DNA of 64,000 nucleotides from Pocillopora damicornis (Eukaryota): NCBI RefSeq assembly GCF_003704095.1, contig NW_020847208.1, positions 186,001 to 250,000 of the forward strand, read 5' to 3'. Shown piece by piece: positions 37,794 to 48,600 of this stretch (position 1 is its first letter; each line of letters starts with the position of its first letter). The notes under the pieces were generated by a model. It saw only the letters and a program-made list of their open reading frames with translations, ran no database searches and was not told where the DNA came from. The position numbers and the translations under genes were made by a program.

Positions 37794-38506
37794 TTCTATT
37801 CCTTAGTTCCCTTAGCCGCGCCCTGTCATAGTTTTACATTCTCGTTGACTCGTTTACTAAAGCTACCTCTGGTTCATTCTTACCAAAAATGGTGGTGGGG
37901 CTGTTGGTATCAGCACGGACATGCAGGTTTTGTAATCTTTTAAACATTCGAATTTGCCCTTTTCTCCAAGGTTAAGACAGTCATACAAGTCGATGCTACA
38001 TTGCTGAACATGAACAAAGAATAAAATCAGTAGAATAATTCTAGTAATTATAATTAAACCAGCAATGGTGATTATAGCAGTGTACTGAGGAACACACGAC
38101 TGAAAAGAATAGAACAAGAAAGAGCGCATACGACGTTTCTGCGCTTAACCGTTCGCACCTTTTACTTTTTTCTCGCTTTTCTAAGGCATTGGCTTCAGAG
38201 CATGTATGAGTAGGCAACAGAGGAAAGAGTCCAAAGTTATGAATGATATTAGTACTTCATGTTTGATAGCCAACCTATTAGTGTTAAAATGCGCATCGTT
38301 TACTTCCTTATCCTTCGGGAAGAAAATTTCCAATAAGTCAATTGGCAATAAACATTTGCGGGACGTTAACTCATGCTTACCACGATTGGGTGTCGATCAG
38401 GAATCTCACCGTCTACTTCGGCATCAAAAAGGTACTCGTCAAGATCATTGGCATGAAGGCTAACGATGAAGGGGGCAAAAAGTAGAATGGCCAGAAAAGA
38501 TTTCAT
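35262..38506 (-). CDS. Secreted cysteine-rich repeat protein B (~259 aa; paralog of A; module order A-A-B-A-B)
   Basis: Phase-0 exons: 38381-38506 (MKSFLAILLFAPFIVSLHANDLDEYLFDAEVDGEIPDRHPIV), 37884-38003 (QCSIDLYDCLNLGEKGKFECLKDYKTCMSVLIPTAPPPFL), 36952-37068, 36527-36697 (ETCFNNAIQCVKDKKNLAMKAGCLKELFVCIKDKGP..), 35861-35965, 35262-35402 (KKCYAEAKECFGDAQSLKEKFNCAKQLGKCLQNGAPTTSPPLPTEK*). The N gap at 36090-36296 lies in an intron and could hide exons. Confidence 0.83.
36090..36296. other. Assembly gap (207 N)
   Basis: Run of N characters. Confidence 1.
37551..37800. mobile_element. Inverted-repeat Penelope-like terminal fragment carrying a hammerhead ribozyme core
   Basis: ~90-bp arms (37551-37645 / 37652-37746) are near-perfect reverse complements. 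The minus strand of the left arm reads cgctCTGACGAagggttaacgctcGAAAcgtc (intact core); the right arm has the mutated CTAACAA...GAAA. Confidence 0.7.
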
Positions 38507-38586
38507 CGTGCAGCTGCAGGTCTCCTTGTAAATCCTTCGGAAGTTTTGGCCTGTGTTATGGTAGACTTTTGCAAAAGAGTGCTCTC

Positions 38587-38593
38587 TTTTATA
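38587..38593 (-). promoter_or_regulatory. Candidate TATA box of gene B
   Basis: Minus strand TATAAAA about 80 nt upstream of the ATG at 38506. Confidence 0.4.
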
Positions 38594-40193
38594 TCTATCT
38601 TTTGTTTTAGGTTTAGAAAAACAAATGCATTATTGAATTTTTCGTTAGAAATAATGGTTTATTCAGTGTGTTTGTAAACCAAAGGTGTGAACAATGAAGT
38701 TACTGAAACCTTTTACGGGGAAGGTAAACATTTTGAACAAAAGATTTCGCTAGTTTTCAATTGAGTCAGCAGACTCGCTTATTGAAGCTCTGCAAACAAA
38801 GCGTAATGTAAAAACGCTCTCAGAACCACCGATTCAATTCCTGTTTGCTAGATTTTCGGGAACTACGGCTAAACAACAATGATAGAAAACAAAGGCTTTC
38901 ATAGCCATCGACTCTGTTATTGTAATTTCAGGTATGAAGTTTAAACTTTGCCGTAAATAAAGTGAGATAAAAACAACCACATCAGCGGAGAGAAAAAGGT
39001 TGATGGAAGCTCTTTACAGTTCCTTTTCAGCCAGCCTTTCCTCCGTGACAAAGGTTACCCAAATATTGCCGCAGGTGATTTTATGACAATTTTGTTTTCG
39101 CTGTTCAGTTTCTGACATGATTCCTTTATGTAGGCTACAATGGAAAAAAATTGAGCTATGAAATTATTAAAATTATAAGATCATTGGCAAAAATATGACT
39201 ACACCATTTGCCAGTCACATGCTTCGCTGGGTTCTGGACCTCGTTCCTTGTTCTGAAACTCGCAATGAAAAAAAGGAATAAACGTGTAGCGAAATGTGTA
39301 CTTACCATTTTTTTATTTTATTTTTTTAATTTGAAGACGTTCGATAATAAATCTGCATATCAGTCATGAGTTCATGAGAATGTTTCCGAAATCAGGAATG
39401 GTGGCATTGATTTGATGTAGAAATTGCGGGACTTCCGTGTATAAATATGGCCGAAATCGTTCGAAATCGTTAAAAAACAGACTACATTTTACACATCAGA
39501 GCATTTCCTTGCGCATTTTTTTCAAGCTTTCTCAAATAATTTCATTTACGGTCGCGCTTTGGACCCGTTAAGTTTAAGAAGTCTGCATGGTCAGGTGTGT
39601 CTGGTGATCTATTTTCGTCTCAAAATGAACACCTCCATAAAGTTTGAAACAAAAGAAGAGCATGAATCGTGAATGATCAAGGTTGAACAGTTTACGTTAG
39701 CTTTTTTAAAGTCACTGACGTAACTAATTTTATATGGCAAAAATAGTTTCTTTCGTTAATCATATAGAAACTTTCTATTCGGTTTTTCCAGTAAGACCAG
39801 AGCATCCTTCCAAGTGTCACTGTGGCAATTTTTAGCGAAATCTAAGTTGTCACAAAATTAAATTTTTTGCCCTGTCTCTGCGGCATGGGTGACTCGAGCT
39901 TGACTATTCCTCTCCAGTACACTAAAAAGGGGTAGCATGGTAACATCACAGAAAGCGAGTCTGCTCAGTTGACGGGATTCTGATGAAAAGTCCCTAGTCA
40001 GATGAATATTGGCATGGGTATATTAAGGATATGTGCCAGTTTAAGTGACGGTTGTGAATCCCAATGTGGTGTAGGCCAGGGAAACATTTTGCCACAGAGA
40101 AGGTTCTAAGTTTTATTAAAAGCAACAAGTGAACTTTAGAGCATTTCAGTAAGCTTGCTCCCAATAATTCCTGCATACATCGCCCTGTTGTAG

Positions 40194-41386
40194 TCAATCA
40201 GCTTTTCCACTGTCGGAGCCATAGCATTGAATGAGCTTCTTACGACACATATTACGTCCTAAACGTTTATAGCAAGATGACGTTTTATAAAGCTCCCGGC
40301 ATTTTCTCTACGAAAAAACCAAACGACCATGAATAATTTTGCTACTTGGTGCCTACAGTGTACATAAATACAGATAGAGATTTGGTCTATAAAAACCATA
40401 AGAAAGCGTCTGAATTCCCAAAGTTTGTTATCCATAAGAGTATCAAGAAATATGAGAAGGCCTACGTGCTAACGGATACAACACGTTGATTAACTGGATG
40501 TCTATTAAGAATGAGGTGTCATGAAAATAATCACGAAAATGTACCTGAGCCCTTGAGCATGTGCGATCTACTCTTTTATTTTTATTCCCTTCTTTTTACG
40601 ACAGGGAATTGTCTCATAGTTACATATATTATCTTAGGATTTACAAATTGATATATAGTTATGATAGTTAGGCCGCCATAGCGTTTGCTGATTCGAGTAT
40701 CGCTTCAGGTTAATCATCAGGAAGAGAACTGTACAAGCAAAATTTTACCAACCGTGTATTGATTCTGACATCGATAAAACTGGAGTAAACATTCTTTCTG
40801 TCTCTCCCATATTTTGCAGCTGTTTTGGACACATACATGGTATTTTTGGAGGCATTGCTGAAATTCAAAATAAATAGAACATTCATAGAAAGATTAAAAA
40901 ATATTAAGCGACCATTAGAAAGATGTAATTTAAGGCTGACGCTGTTTTCTGATTGAATGAAATACTCCTGGTGGGTAAGATTCCAATCCAACGTTTTTAA
41001 GCCTACAATTTCCCTTCTATGTACAATTTCAAAATAATATCCCTTGCTGGTCCTTGCTAAAATTCCTCGTTCCCCGCATTAGTTTTCGTGTTACGTGCCT
41101 GACATCTGTACCATGGCGCTGACTGATTAAAAACACGATTTTACACCTACATGCTGTGAGTAACAATGTCAGTGTCAATAACCTGGAATGGATGTAAGGT
41201 AGGTTTAATGCTGTGGCCTGACTCGTCCCCTCCTTCTTCCTCCTCCTCTTTGGCAACAAGCAGCCATAAATCGTTCACGTTGTTATTTTCAGCACGATCT
41301 TTCTCTCTTTTTGCTTCAAAGACTTCATCATCGGTTGAAACCAAACCCAGGGCGAAAAATAGACAAAAACAAAACAGAAACCTCAT
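40194..41386 (-). CDS. Secreted cysteine-rich protein C (~140 aa; signal peptide, acidic spacer, two Cys modules)
   Basis: Exons 41183-41386 (MRFLFCFCLFFALGLVSTDDEVFEAKREKDRAENNNVNDLWLLVAKEEEEEGGDESGHSIKPTLHPFQ), 40753-40857 (QCLQKYHVCVQNSCKIWERQKECLLQFYRCQNQYT), 40194-40307 (RKCRELYKTSSCYKRLGRNMCRKKLIQCYGSDSGKAD*). Phase-0 introns; exons 2 and 3 align with those of gene D. Confidence 0.8.
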
Positions 41387-41521
41387 GGCTGTAAATTGAG
41401 ACAACGATTAATAACTGCGTTCAAATGTGCGCACTTAGTAACCTTGTTACATAACGTTGTTTACGTGTTCAGGCAACTATGGGTGTGCTGTGCAAGGCAG
41501 TCTGCGTCATTTGGTTAGGCA

Positions 41522-41721
41522 TTAACCCTTTAACTTTCATGAGTGACCAAGAGAGAATTTTCCTCACAATATAAAGTAGACAAGTGTAGAGAACAAAGAA
41601 AAATGTCAATCTTGAGATTTCTATTTGATCCAATATCGAATTCTCCTACCTAACATCATAATAATTGTATGGCAGACAGTAAGGAGAATTACTAATGAGA
41701 TCTTGGGAGTGAAAGGGTTAA
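41522..41721. mobile_element. piggyBac-type MITE (TTAA target site, CCC...GGG ends)
   Basis: TTAACCCTTTAACT ... AGTGAAAGGGTTAA; 200 bp, non-coding; sits about 135 bp upstream of the gene C start codon. Confidence 0.7.
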
Positions 41722-42549
41722 ACGACTCTTTTTGTCTACTTTTCTAAACGCTCAAATAATTGCAGCAGGTATGACATGTACATTCAATCATTCTACAAAA
41801 CAAAAGACGGATGGAAATATAAAAATTAAACAGATGTGTTTGAACCGCTCATTAACTGTTTGTTGTCAAAATGTCTCGTTGTATCCATGAATAAATTCAA
41901 TGCCTTGTTAGTTGTTCACAGTACTGGCGCTAAGGTGTGTTTCAACGTAACAACTTTGAATAGCTAAACTACTTAATAATATTAACATTATTATCTCTTT
42001 GTCAGGCACAGTGGCGCATTTTTTGGGCTAAAATGTTCTTAAACGTAGGGTGGGAGGGATTCTTGTTTGGATGGGCTAGAGCTAGAGCCTCCTTGCCCTT
42101 GTAGTTCTGTTGAAAGACCAACAAAGCATGCGTCGTTCTCATTGCAGAAGGTACGATTCTGCTCAAAGAATGACTTTCAGTAAAACGTTTTTTTGTGCTA
42201 GGCCTTCACCTCAATAATTTCGATGGATGAATGCAGTATTTGATTTTAGGCTATGGGCTCTTTTTTTGTGTATTGATTAAAAAGCTGGTCCTCGTTGGTT
42301 CAAAACGCATGCGCATGCCCAACGCGTATTCAGGATTCTTTTTTCATATGGTTCTGTATTTACTCAACGTCGTAAATGTTTATCCAAGGATATTTCGCTC
42401 TGATCAAATAAAAATAGAGAAAACATAGAACTTGATAGGGGGAAAAAGGTAATTTTCTACAACACGCAATAAAGACAGAAGATCACATCGCGCTTATTTC
42501 AGATTATTTTTATTGGCGTCAACTAATTTGCATGAGTTCTATGAGTTCC

Positions 42550-43616
42550 TCATTCAGGCTTATGCCCATAGCATATTTTAAGCTTCTTCCAACACTCTTC
42601 TTTCCCGAGTGCTTCATAACATCCCTGGTTTCTGAACTTTTTCCTGCATATCCTCTGCAAAGTAAATTAAATAAAGTGAAACAGTGAATTACATGTTAGT
42701 GGTCCAAAATCAAGAGAAGAAAATTTAACGAAGACTGTCCTTGATAAGCTCCCCTTCCCATGTCTCTGGAAACCGTTGCCATGTTTTCGAAGGCGGAATA
42801 AATGGGACGTGCGGTAAACCAATCTAACATAAATACTGCATGAAAGCGCCACTTGAAAATTCCTTTTGTAATGATCGTCTCTTAGGTTGTTGTTAATGAG
42901 AGCTGCCACTTCTGTACATGTCGTAAAGAGTTATAAATTGTAGTCAAAGATATATAAATTTTAATTAATTGTAAATGCTTTACTTACTGTGTAGGCATTT
43001 AGGCATTCATAGTATTTTGGTAAGCAACCAAAACCCTCCCCGGACTCCACGCATGCGTTCCACTCATCCAAACAAACCTAATCACAAAGAAATGCTGCAG
43101 TTAAAACATAGGGCTCATTGTTTTAAATTGTAGGGCTTACGTATTTTATCGTCGATCTGAGTAGGACACATTTCGATTGAACTAACCACGGTAATCAACC
43201 TAACCAATGAGAGCAAAGAACAATATTACAAAAAGTCAGCGAGAGCTGAAGTGATTGTTTTGAAACAAATGTATTCCTAGATTTCTTTCGACCCTCAACT
43301 GAAAATATCTTTGATCAAAGGAGGTGGTGATTGCTTTCAGCTCGGACGTCTCAACACTGTACCGTGAGCACTGCATGCCGCACTCAGTTTCATTTTTGAG
43401 AAAAAGGGAAAAGTTAATACTCACGTCTTTCGGATGTTTTCCTCCTGGTGGTTGTGGCCCTGGGGGTTCTGGACCCGGAGGTTCTGGTCCTGGGGGTTCT
43501 GGCCCTGGGGGTTCTGGTCCTGGGGGTTCTGGTCCCGGTGGCGGCGGGAGTGGAGGTTCTTGGGCCAATACAAGACCAACCGCGAGGATTACGGCAAGCG
43601 AGAAAAGACTCTTCAT
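42550..43616 (-). CDS. Secreted proline-rich/cysteine-rich protein D (~128 aa; signal peptide, GPEPP repeats, two four-Cys modules)
   Basis: Exons 43425-43616 (MKSLFSLAVILAVGLVLAQEPPLPPPP-(GPEPP)x5-GPQPP-GGKHPKD), 42988-43077 (VCLDEWNACVESGEGFGCLPKYYECLNAYT), 42550-42654 (RICRKKFRNQGCYEALGKEECWKKLKICYGHKPE*). Canonical GTGAGT/GTAAGT donors, phase 0; minus-strand AATAAA about 40 nt after the stop. Confidence 0.85.
43446..43540 (-). repeat. 15-bp coding tandem repeat (GPEPP pentapeptide, about 6 copies) in gene D exon 1
   Basis: Plus-strand units resembling tggtcctgggggttc repeated in tandem. Confidence 0.9.
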
Positions 43617-45486
43617 CTTAGGAATCAGTTCCCTTCTCCAACAATCACACGGGAAGCTTCTAAGGTATCTGATCACCCAGTATACCTCGTATAAGTACTC
43701 GACGAACGATGGTGTGGACCAATAAGAGTTGATCCTCCTTCAATTCTCGTACAGATTTAAACATTTTCGTGATTGGTTAGTAAGTATTAGGTTAAAGAGA
43801 AATAGTATCAGCTGTTGCCATGTGGGAAGCTGTTTCAACAACAATTCGCCCAGCTGTCTGGATGTTCCGCCGGCTGTGTTTGCCCGAATTTGACTTAAGC
43901 TAAAAATATTTTCCCCTCGAAGCTTGGTTGTTACTAATATCTTTTTTTTTTTTGGTAATGAGGAAGGGACAAGAGTTTTCCACCTTTGGCCCAGAAGCAC
44001 ACAATCTAAAGGAAAATAAACAGTGCACCAAATGCTTATGCATTCATACTAGAAATCAACTGAATGACGCTGTGATAGTATCAAAGTATAACAGCAGGGA
44101 GGAAAAACTTGAAACCGCTTATTACATCTCAAAAATGTATGTTTCGGGCAGACATGAAGTCAATTTGCCTAAATATTGCAACCTTTGGATATAATTTGCA
44201 GCAAAAATTTGTCAAGAAGTATGTGATTTGCAAGGGTATGTCAATATTTGTTTCTTTAATCAGTTGCTGGGAAAAACTAAAAAAACCTGCAGCTGATTTT
44301 TTGCAGCCTTTACCTCACTCCAGCTTATCAAAATATATATCTTGCTACATACACCGAGGAGATTGTTTGTTCCAAAAGATATATTTCTTCCTTTATTTGT
44401 TTAAATTTATTCCTAAAATACATCGTATTTAATCATTTACCTACGCATCAGATAACTATTTATCGATGCCGTGGGTACTTAGCAGGTATAATCATTTGAT
44501 CGATATATTTCCAAACGTTAGATTAGTTCAGTGTAAAATAGAGTAACATAAGACAAAAACACAGGGGATGGAAAAAGATAAATGGAAGAAAAGAAAAGGA
44601 AAAAGTTAAAAAAAGAGATGAAAGGCACTTTTGAATTAGCAGCTTAGCTATCCCAACGATGTGTTCTCTTTTCTTGGATATAATCTCTGGATTGTATATA
44701 ATTTTTTACTCTGCGTCATTGCGGAATTATACCCATACGAGAATACAATATTACTTTCTCTAATATTTTCATTTGTAAGGAACCCATATTAAACGACTGA
44801 AGACTGAGAAAACTCAAAATGTATTGCTCATGTACTCAAAACAGATACTGACTCTCTTCATATTTCATGCCATGCAGCAAGGAACGCTTTTCTCCTCAGA
44901 ATTGTATTTCTTCCTTAAAAAAAGATCAATTTGTCTATTAATCTTAAAATACTGTGTGATTTAATGCTGCCGATACGCTCTAAAGTAAAGTATTTATCAG
45001 CATTTTTAAAGCCTAAAAGTGATCGACCTATACTTACATAATCGAAGCTAATCTACAATTATGGTAATGATCTTTAATTCTGTCCCATAACTTATCTATC
45101 AAATTTTTGATAACTAAACATTTCCATTCTTGTCAAACTGTAAGCTACTGATAACTTCTGTGCTCGTTCATCGGAATCTCCTGTTGAAGAAAACAAAGGT
45201 GGTTCAAGTCACGACAAAGCTCAAACATAAATTCCAATCTGTGATAAAGTGTTTTTTTCCTTTCTCACTTTTCTCCTTGCCTAGATATCCTTCTCTTTTA
45301 GCCGGGATGATTTTAATTGTTTAATAACAGACCTGTCATTATTTTTGCTCCCTTTTTGGTTGTTTGTTTGTTTGGTTGGTTTTTTTTTTCATTATATATC
45401 TTCTTTTGATAAGGTAAATTACGCTCAGGCTAGAGATCTTATAATTAGGGCCATTTCATGAGATAACAAACCTGAGACACCAGATA

Positions 45487-45620
45487 TCAGAAACAGACTT
45501 GGCAGGATTTTGGACACACTCTCTGCACGGATTGTGCATCAATGATATCGTTCCCCTTTTCACAAAGGTTATCTGTATTCCATTGTTTGCACAGATCGTG
45601 GTGGTCTTTGCAGTATTCAG
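45487..45620 (-). other. ShKT (ShK toxin-like) domain, terminal exon of the minus-strand VWA gene
   Basis: CKDHHDLCKQWNTDNLCEKGNDIIDAQSVQRVCPKSCQVC matches the six-Cys ShKT pattern (C-x-D..C..W..C..CP(K)SC..C). Confidence 0.85.
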
Positions 45621-48600
45621 CTGTAGTAATGAGGAGTGGAATTAGCGAAAATATATATAATCTGCATATCATGCACCTTTGCTATCTCTATCCTGTTGAA
45701 ACTACGAAACAAAGAGACACTGAAGGTTTTCGGGAGAGATAATATGCACGGACAGGATAAGGAAAAAATGACCTTGTCCATAGGAACACTACGCAAAATT
45801 CTGTTTTCTTGGAAAATGGTGGTCAACTGTCGAGAAACGTTGTAGGCATTAATTTTAGAGATTAACGTCCAATCGTAGATATAAACCAAAAGGGTGCGTG
45901 ACGAGGGTACTTAAATTGAAAAAAGGAAAGGTAGATGTACATGTAGAGGATAGACAATCAGGCGTGCACGTTTAGTGCGACAACAATGGGAATACTTACT
46001 ATCGTGGTGTCCATTTATGTTGTAGATGATAGATCTGTAAGCAGCCCTTACGTCTTTCTTTGTTCCGCCAAGCCGACGTATCAACGAATAAAGCTTTCTT
46101 CTTATATCCTGAAAAGAGTGACCTTACTATTATCGGATGGTTAAAGATTTTGTAGCCACCTCATAATAAGAAATCGGGGTTTGACCACAAGGCGATAGGT
46201 GTTGAAAGAATATATGATAGATTCTTTGTACAATTACCTTCCTGAGCTTTTCTTTCTCAATCTCATCTTGTTGCGATTTATTTGTTGCAGTTGAGTTGTG
46301 TTCTATTGCATATTGTTGTTCTGTGCTGCTATTTTCCAAATTCTTTTGTTGGCGAATCATTTTGTATTGATCCAACTGCTTTAAGGTAGCTGCCAGTTTA
46401 CTTGGCTGTCTTTCTTGTTTCATGGTTGGATCTATTGTCATTTCCTTGCCAACATTTGAATCGTTTTTTACGTGGTTGATTCCAGGTAGTGGCTGCTGCT
46501 CATTCGTAATAGTTTGATTAGCAGCAGTAGATGAATTAGATACCATTACATCAGGATCAGGATCTGCATATTTAAAAATTTTAAATATTCCGTTACAAAA
46601 CCTTCATCACTTACGAAAGTTTTTTAGGAATTAAAGCACTGAAGTAAATGAATGTATAGATACGTATATTGAGGCCGCTCAACGTTTCAAAAACTAGACT
46701 GACACGCTCTTTGAGAAGACTATAAAAAAATTATAAATAAAAATTGTACCTGAATCTGGTCTTGCAATAAGTTTCCCTCCGACAGCTGTAGATTCATAAA
46801 TCATTAAATTATGTAAGTGACTGCTACAAAACTGAGTGATATATTGCAATCGCAGAACTTGATATGTTCAACCTCAGTTACAACTTGTAAATGTTAATGG
46901 CGATCTTGGTATAAAAATGAGGGCGTTTAATTTTTGTCAATAAGGTACTCAGCTTGTTCCCATAAATTATTATGAAAGATTTTATTCCTCTATTGGGAAG
47001 CGATTGTAGTATAACATACGATATCAACAAAGAATATTTATTGAACATCTTGGTATTAAAATAATGTGGAGAAAGTAGGCCTCACAACTAAAAAAGTCGG
47101 CAATATCGCTGGTTTTATCGCTTCGCTGATACAAATCTTACCTCTGCACATCCTGAAGGTCAGCAGCGGTCTAATCATAGGTAGCAGCTCATATTTGGAT
47201 ACAGCCAGCACGTGATCTTGTGCAGGATGTGTTGCTATCTCTTTCAGCTGCCCCCCTTCAAACCCAGACCCAATCCCCACGGCCTCAATTCGAACTCCTC
47301 GGTCACGCATCTCACGTGACGGTACTGCGATGTCATCAATTGATGATGCAGTGGCCAGGACAAGAAGAAGTTGAGGAATACTTTTACGACCACTATTCTT
47401 AAACCAGCTGGTTTTTACGCCAGTTAGACTTGATCCTGCAATGAGTAATAAAGAGTATATTGAGATAAAATTTCAAATAATAGTTCATATCTATTTTTTT
47501 TTTCATGTCATGGGAAGGTTATCTGTTAAATATTCACACGAATTTGGAATATTTAGATACATAAATGTAGTGTAGGTTCTCATAAAGCCAAACCAACAAG
47601 TAATTCTCACTTTTTAATTGTTAACAACGGAAGTCACCGTTATGGTTCTGCTTACCACGTTACTCTCAAGTCACCTCTTTAAATGACGTTTAAGCTTTAA
47701 TCCGTAACTGGCTTAAATCAATAAATTTGATGGTCCACTTGCCCAATTACCTAACAAAAATGGTCCACCATTGTATGATATGCGGGATATTGCTGTGTCG
47801 AGGCTCGGAATGTCATTGAATCCCTCAAAATCAAAACTCATGCGCGGACCTCTGGACGCGGTGGCAACTGCAATGTGGGTGTGATCCTTAGAGACTGAGA
47901 AGGATTTAGACAGGCTCTTTGTAAAGTCTAACAACTTGGCGAAGTTAGCTTCCGTTACTGATGACGAGCCATCAATCAGGATTCCAATATCGGCTTTTGC
48001 AGAGCAAACTGTAACACCAGAATGCATCATTAGCAGGGTTTAAGGGAAGAGTAAAACCAACATTTTTGTGAAAGTGAAATGCAGTGGTGGTTCTCGTTAT
48101 TATGTAAGATTTAGGAAACTGGTTACCAATGGAATTAAGATAGAGAATATGAAAATATATCTTCTGTACAATTGTCTCCGAGCACCCGTTTTGCACCAAT
48201 GCACGAGCATCGACAGGAAAACGTTGAGAGCACAGTAAGAGGTAGGATGGCGAGGAGGAAATAATAAATTTAATAAAACGTATCACACAATCAAAATATC
48301 TGACCCTTGTAAAAAATCCATATACGAAAAAGAGCCTAAAGTTCAAACTCAGTAGAAAATTATATATTGAACTTTTTTGAAGTAGCCACAGCATTTGGCT
48401 AAAATGAAAACTTCGAAAATTCTTGAAATTGCAAACAACGGGTAAAAATTTGCGCGAACAAAGCTCGATACAATTAACTAACAACTCTGTAAAACAAATG
48501 ACAAAAGTAGGCGAAAAATGTGCACGCCAGTTTTCAATGTCTAATTTGCGAAATCACGTGCGCCGCGTGTGAATACAAAAAGAATGAAAGGAGGGCAGAG

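Noticed and set aside
29959-38506. Assigning genes A/B to SCRiP, saposin, CHCH or GLG1 Cys-rich repeat families
   Set aside because: No vicinal CC/CCC, four Cys per module and X6 terminal spacings do not fit those patterns as I know them; a profile search is still needed.
42550-43616. Calling gene D a minicollagen
   Set aside because: The repeat has 5-residue rather than Gly-X-Y periodicity, and the Cys spacing does not match the minicollagen CXXXCXXXCXXXCXXXCC domain.
43324-43725. Plus-strand ORF with GGSGP repeats, and the Trp-rich ORF 43434-43694
   Set aside because: Antisense shadows of the GPEPP repeat in gene D, which has the signal peptide and splice sites.
47972-48484. 170-aa ORF, and similar ORFs 11656-12051, 15453-15893, 44109-44432
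   Set aside because: Composition typical of AT-rich non-coding DNA, with no recognisable domain or consistent splice phase.
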